Assembly: GCA_024239055.1 (NCBI GenBank)
Contig: JANBVJ010000001.1
Span: forward strand, 432,572 to 496,571
Direction: 5' to 3'
DNA length: 64,000 nt
DNA from: Patescibacteria group bacterium
GTDB lineage: Bacteria; Patescibacteriota; Minisyncoccia; Minisyncoccales; UBA10102
The notes under the pieces are model-generated. The model did no database searches, had not been told where the DNA came from, and was given only the letters and a program-made list of their open reading frames with translations. Positions 61,781 to 64,000 of the stretch are shown one piece after another; position 1 is the first letter of the stretch, and each line of letters opens with the position of its first letter. The position numbers and the translations under genes were made by a program.

Positions 61781-62836
61781 ATGGATGTGATAAAAACACT
61801 TGTCAAAAAGCCATTATTCCAGATTGGAATACTTCTTTTCGCAGGAGGTATTCTATTCTTATTCTTTACATCGAAACCATCTTCGTATGTAATTCCAGAG
61901 AGAGAAGATGTGAGATCTCAATCTATCTCTACCGCAGTTATTTCTCCTCAAAGGGGTTTATGGCAGAGAGAAACCTTTATTGCAGAGATTCGCGATTCGG
62001 TACTTCGCTCGGAGCTCGCTTCATTTGTTCCAGAAGTCGATGGATGTGAATATATTATTCAAGACCTTGGAACAAAGACAGCCGCTGGTGGATTAAGAGA
62101 ATGTGGCAGCTCTCTTATTCGTGTAACAGTAGGAGAGAGTGGTGTATGCTCTTCTTCTTATCAAGCAGATGATGCTTCTTATGGAAAGTGTCGGGTGAGT
62201 ACACGAGCGTTTAATACAGAAGGAGAGAACTCTGGCTGGAGTAGTCGTACATTTCAAGTAGATACAATTAGTCCTGTGGTATCTATAGTTGATTCTCTTC
62301 CTGATGTTATTTCGCCAAATATAGCATATCCAATTCAGGCTAGCGTCTCAGATAATAATCACATTATAGGTTGTCAGTTATTTGTGAATAGGGAGGCAGT
62401 TTCTGTTTCTGTAATTCAACCCGTTCCTTGCGAGGATGGAAATGAATGTACCATAGCTGTTGCATATACTTTTGAGAATCCTGGAACGCACGAAGTTTTG
62501 TTTGGATGCTTAGATACTGCGGGTAATAACGGATATGGGGAGGCATTCTATGCCACTGTATTCATTAACCATCCTCCTGAGATTTCATCCTGCAGGGTAA
62601 CTCCAACGCGAGGAGGAGTGTCTGCTCTATTTCAGTTTTCAGTTCAGGCATCAGATCCTGATAATGATGAGTTATCCTACCTTTGGGATTTTGGAGACGG
62701 TAATACTTCTACTCAATTCTCTCCGTTTCACGAGTATAATCAATCAGGGACATATACGCCAAAGGTGAGCGTGGAGGATGTGGATGGTGAGAGTTCAACC
62801 TGCAGTACTGCCTGGGTAGTTGTAGAGGACGAATAA
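61781..62836 (+). CDS. Membrane-anchored PKD-domain surface protein
   Basis: N-terminal TM, Ig-like regions, and a C-terminal PKD signature (YLWDFGDGNTS......H.Y...GTYTPKVSVED). Confidence 0.7.
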   Translation: MDVIKTLVKKPLFQIGILLFAGGILFLFFTSKPSSYVIPEREDVRSQSISTAVISPQRGLWQRETFIAEIRDSVLRSELASFVPEVDGCEYIIQDLGTKTAAGGLRECGSSLIRVTVGESGVCSSSYQADDASYGKCRVSTRAFNTEGENSGWSSRTFQVDTISPVVSIVDSLPDVISPNIAYPIQASVSDNNHIIGCQLFVNREAVSVSVIQPVPCEDGNECTIAVAYTFENPGTHEVLFGCLDTAGNNGYGEAFYATVFINHPPEISSCRVTPTRGGVSALFQFSVQASDPDNDELSYLWDFGDGNTSTQFSPFHEYNQSGTYTPKVSVEDVDGESSTCSTAWVVVEDE

Positions 62837-62855
62837 ACAAGTGTATAATAAGCAA

Positions 62856-63554
62856 ATGATACGCATCTTTCTTATAGTAAGTATCCTACTTCTTCCTTTG
62901 GGTTCTGCATTTGCGGCAGATTTTAATCTTATATCTCCTTTAGACGAGGCTTCGAATGTAGATGTGGGAGATGAGATTTTTTCATGGGAACATTCTCTAG
63001 GAGGAGCAACTTATTATAAGCTTCAACTCCATAAACCAGGAAACCCTTGGATAAATGAGAACATTCCATTATTTTTTTGTGGTGATAATAAGTGTGAGAT
63101 TCAACCTACTGCTTTTAATGTAGTGAATCTTAATTATTCTGATAAGTATGACTGGAAGATTGTGGCATATAATTCTGCTGATAATCCCATTGGAAATTCA
63201 CAGGAGTGGAGTTTTACTACAAAACAAGCACCAACTCAAATAATTTCTCCATCAGATCCAGATCCTGGACCAGGACCAGTTAATCCTCCTGCATCAGGTA
63301 TCTTTCAGATTGAGAATCCTATTTCTTCCAATACCCTGCCTGAACTCATAGGAAAGCTTCTAAACTTTGTCTTTGGACTCTCCATCGTTATAGCTCCTCT
63401 TGTGGTACTGTATGCGGGGTTCTTGATGTTAACCGCAGCTGGTGACTCCGCAAAGATTCAAAAAGCAAGAAGTATACTTATATGGACTGTTGTTGCCTTT
63501 GCTATTATTCTTGTGGCAAAAGGGGCTCCGGATGTCATTCGTTCAATCCTTTGA
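62856..63554 (+). CDS. Signal peptide plus beta-sandwich-like domain plus Pro-rich linker plus C-terminal pilin-like two-helix module
   Basis: MIRIFLIVSILLLPLGSAFA signal; the track start is the GTG at 62841. The N-domain is paralogous to 45341-46024. The C-terminus is APLVVLYAGFLMLTAAGDSAKIQKARSILIWTVVAFAIILVA. Confidence 0.5.
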   Translation: MIRIFLIVSILLLPLGSAFAADFNLISPLDEASNVDVGDEIFSWEHSLGGATYYKLQLHKPGNPWINENIPLFFCGDNKCEIQPTAFNVVNLNYSDKYDWKIVAYNSADNPIGNSQEWSFTTKQAPTQIISPSDPDPGPGPVNPPASGIFQIENPISSNTLPELIGKLLNFVFGLSIVIAPLVVLYAGFLMLTAAGDSAKIQKARSILIWTVVAFAIILVAKGAPDVIRSIL

Positions 63555-63639
63555 CAAGTTTTACAATAGGTGGTATTATGAATACATATTAATTTATGTA
63601 ATATTTGGATGTTTAGCGAAGTCCAATTCTTAAACACTT

Positions 63640-64000
63640 ATGGAACAGTTAACCTTACCCATCGTGGGTGTTCTTGTGTTGATCGTTGGAGCTGTTATAG
63701 GGTATATTGCCAGACAACTCTTAGTCTCCAAACGCGCGGGAACTATAGAACAGAAGATTGCCAACCAGCTATCACAAGCTGAAAAAGAGAAAGAAAAGCT
63801 TGTAGATAAGGCAAAAGACGAGGCCAAACAATTACTAGAAAAAGCAAAGTCTGAGGAGGACGAACGCCGTCAGGCTGTCTTAAAGTCAGAACAGCTGCTT
63901 TTAAAACGCGAGAGTATTTTAGAAGAGAGGCTTTTGGAACAGGAGACTTCAAAAACAGAGTTTAAAAAAAAGGTGAGTCGTCTAGGGGAAATAGAGAAAG
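63640..64000 (+). CDS. rny: Ribonuclease Y, N-terminal part (runs off the window end)
   Basis: My own translation from the ATG at 63640: MEQLTLPIVGVLVLIVGAVIGYIARQLLVSKRAGTIEQKI...AKDEAKQLLEKAKSEEDERR.... It has an N-terminal TM plus a charged coiled coil, typical of RNase Y. It is not in the ORF track because there is no stop in the window. Confidence 0.7.
   Translation, partial: MEQLTLPIVGVLVLIVGAVIGYIARQLLVSKRAGTIEQKIANQLSQAEKEKEKLVDKAKDEAKQLLEKAKSEEDERRQAVLKSEQLLLKRESILEERLLEQETSKTEFKKKVSRLGEIEK

Noticed and set aside
1-64000. CRISPR arrays, transposases/IS elements, integrases, rRNA genes and alternative genetic code (UGA recoding)
   Set aside because: I saw no regularly spaced direct repeats, no transposase- or integrase-like translations and no rRNA-like sequence. 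TGA clearly terminates several well-defined genes (the HD hydrolase at 576, the ORF ending at 26891, and nusA at 60124), so the standard code 11 applies.

Overview
This is a low-GC, gene-dense bacterial chromosome segment that uses the standard genetic code; TGA serves as a stop at 576, 26888 and 60121. A hand-counted 60-nt flank sample was about 33% GC. The gene content looks like a Candidate Phyla Radiation / Patescibacteria (Parcubacteria-like) genome: streamlined housekeeping genes, domain-deleted PolA and trigger factor, peptidoglycan genes, and tRNAs without encoded CCA. The window spans the replication-origin cluster (dnaN-dnaA divergent from rpmH-rnpA-yidC-jag). It also holds many core genes: greA, uvrB, rpsT, holA, polA, tsaE, yebC, ruvC, tyrS, PBP1A, rsmA, pnp, rpsO, cca, nusA, tig, clpP and the rny 5' end, plus three tRNAs. 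The main candidate system is a nine-gene minus-strand operon (37733-46842) directly beside the origin cluster. It encodes a minimal type IV secretion-like machine: VirB4 ATPase, a PrgI/VirB3-like protein, a giant VirB6-like protein and VirB2-like two-helix pilin modules. It has no relaxase, coupling protein or integrase, and pilin-like paralogs lie elsewhere in the window at 52599-53066 and 62856-63554. Other notable items:
- a PlsY-FakA-DegV triple fusion
- a HisG-like/Lrp-AsnC fusion inside a decaying arg locus, with an internally deleted argG and a collapsed gene copy
- a tightly coupled operon of EndoQ-like and PD-(D/E)XK nucleases with membrane proteins
- a roughly 0.7 kb GC-rich foreign-looking ORF behind a native consensus promoter
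- a small islet next to tRNA-Ala
- an unassigned element of about 117 nt bounded by a 14-bp inverted repeat
All functional calls come from reading motifs in the translations; no database search was possible.
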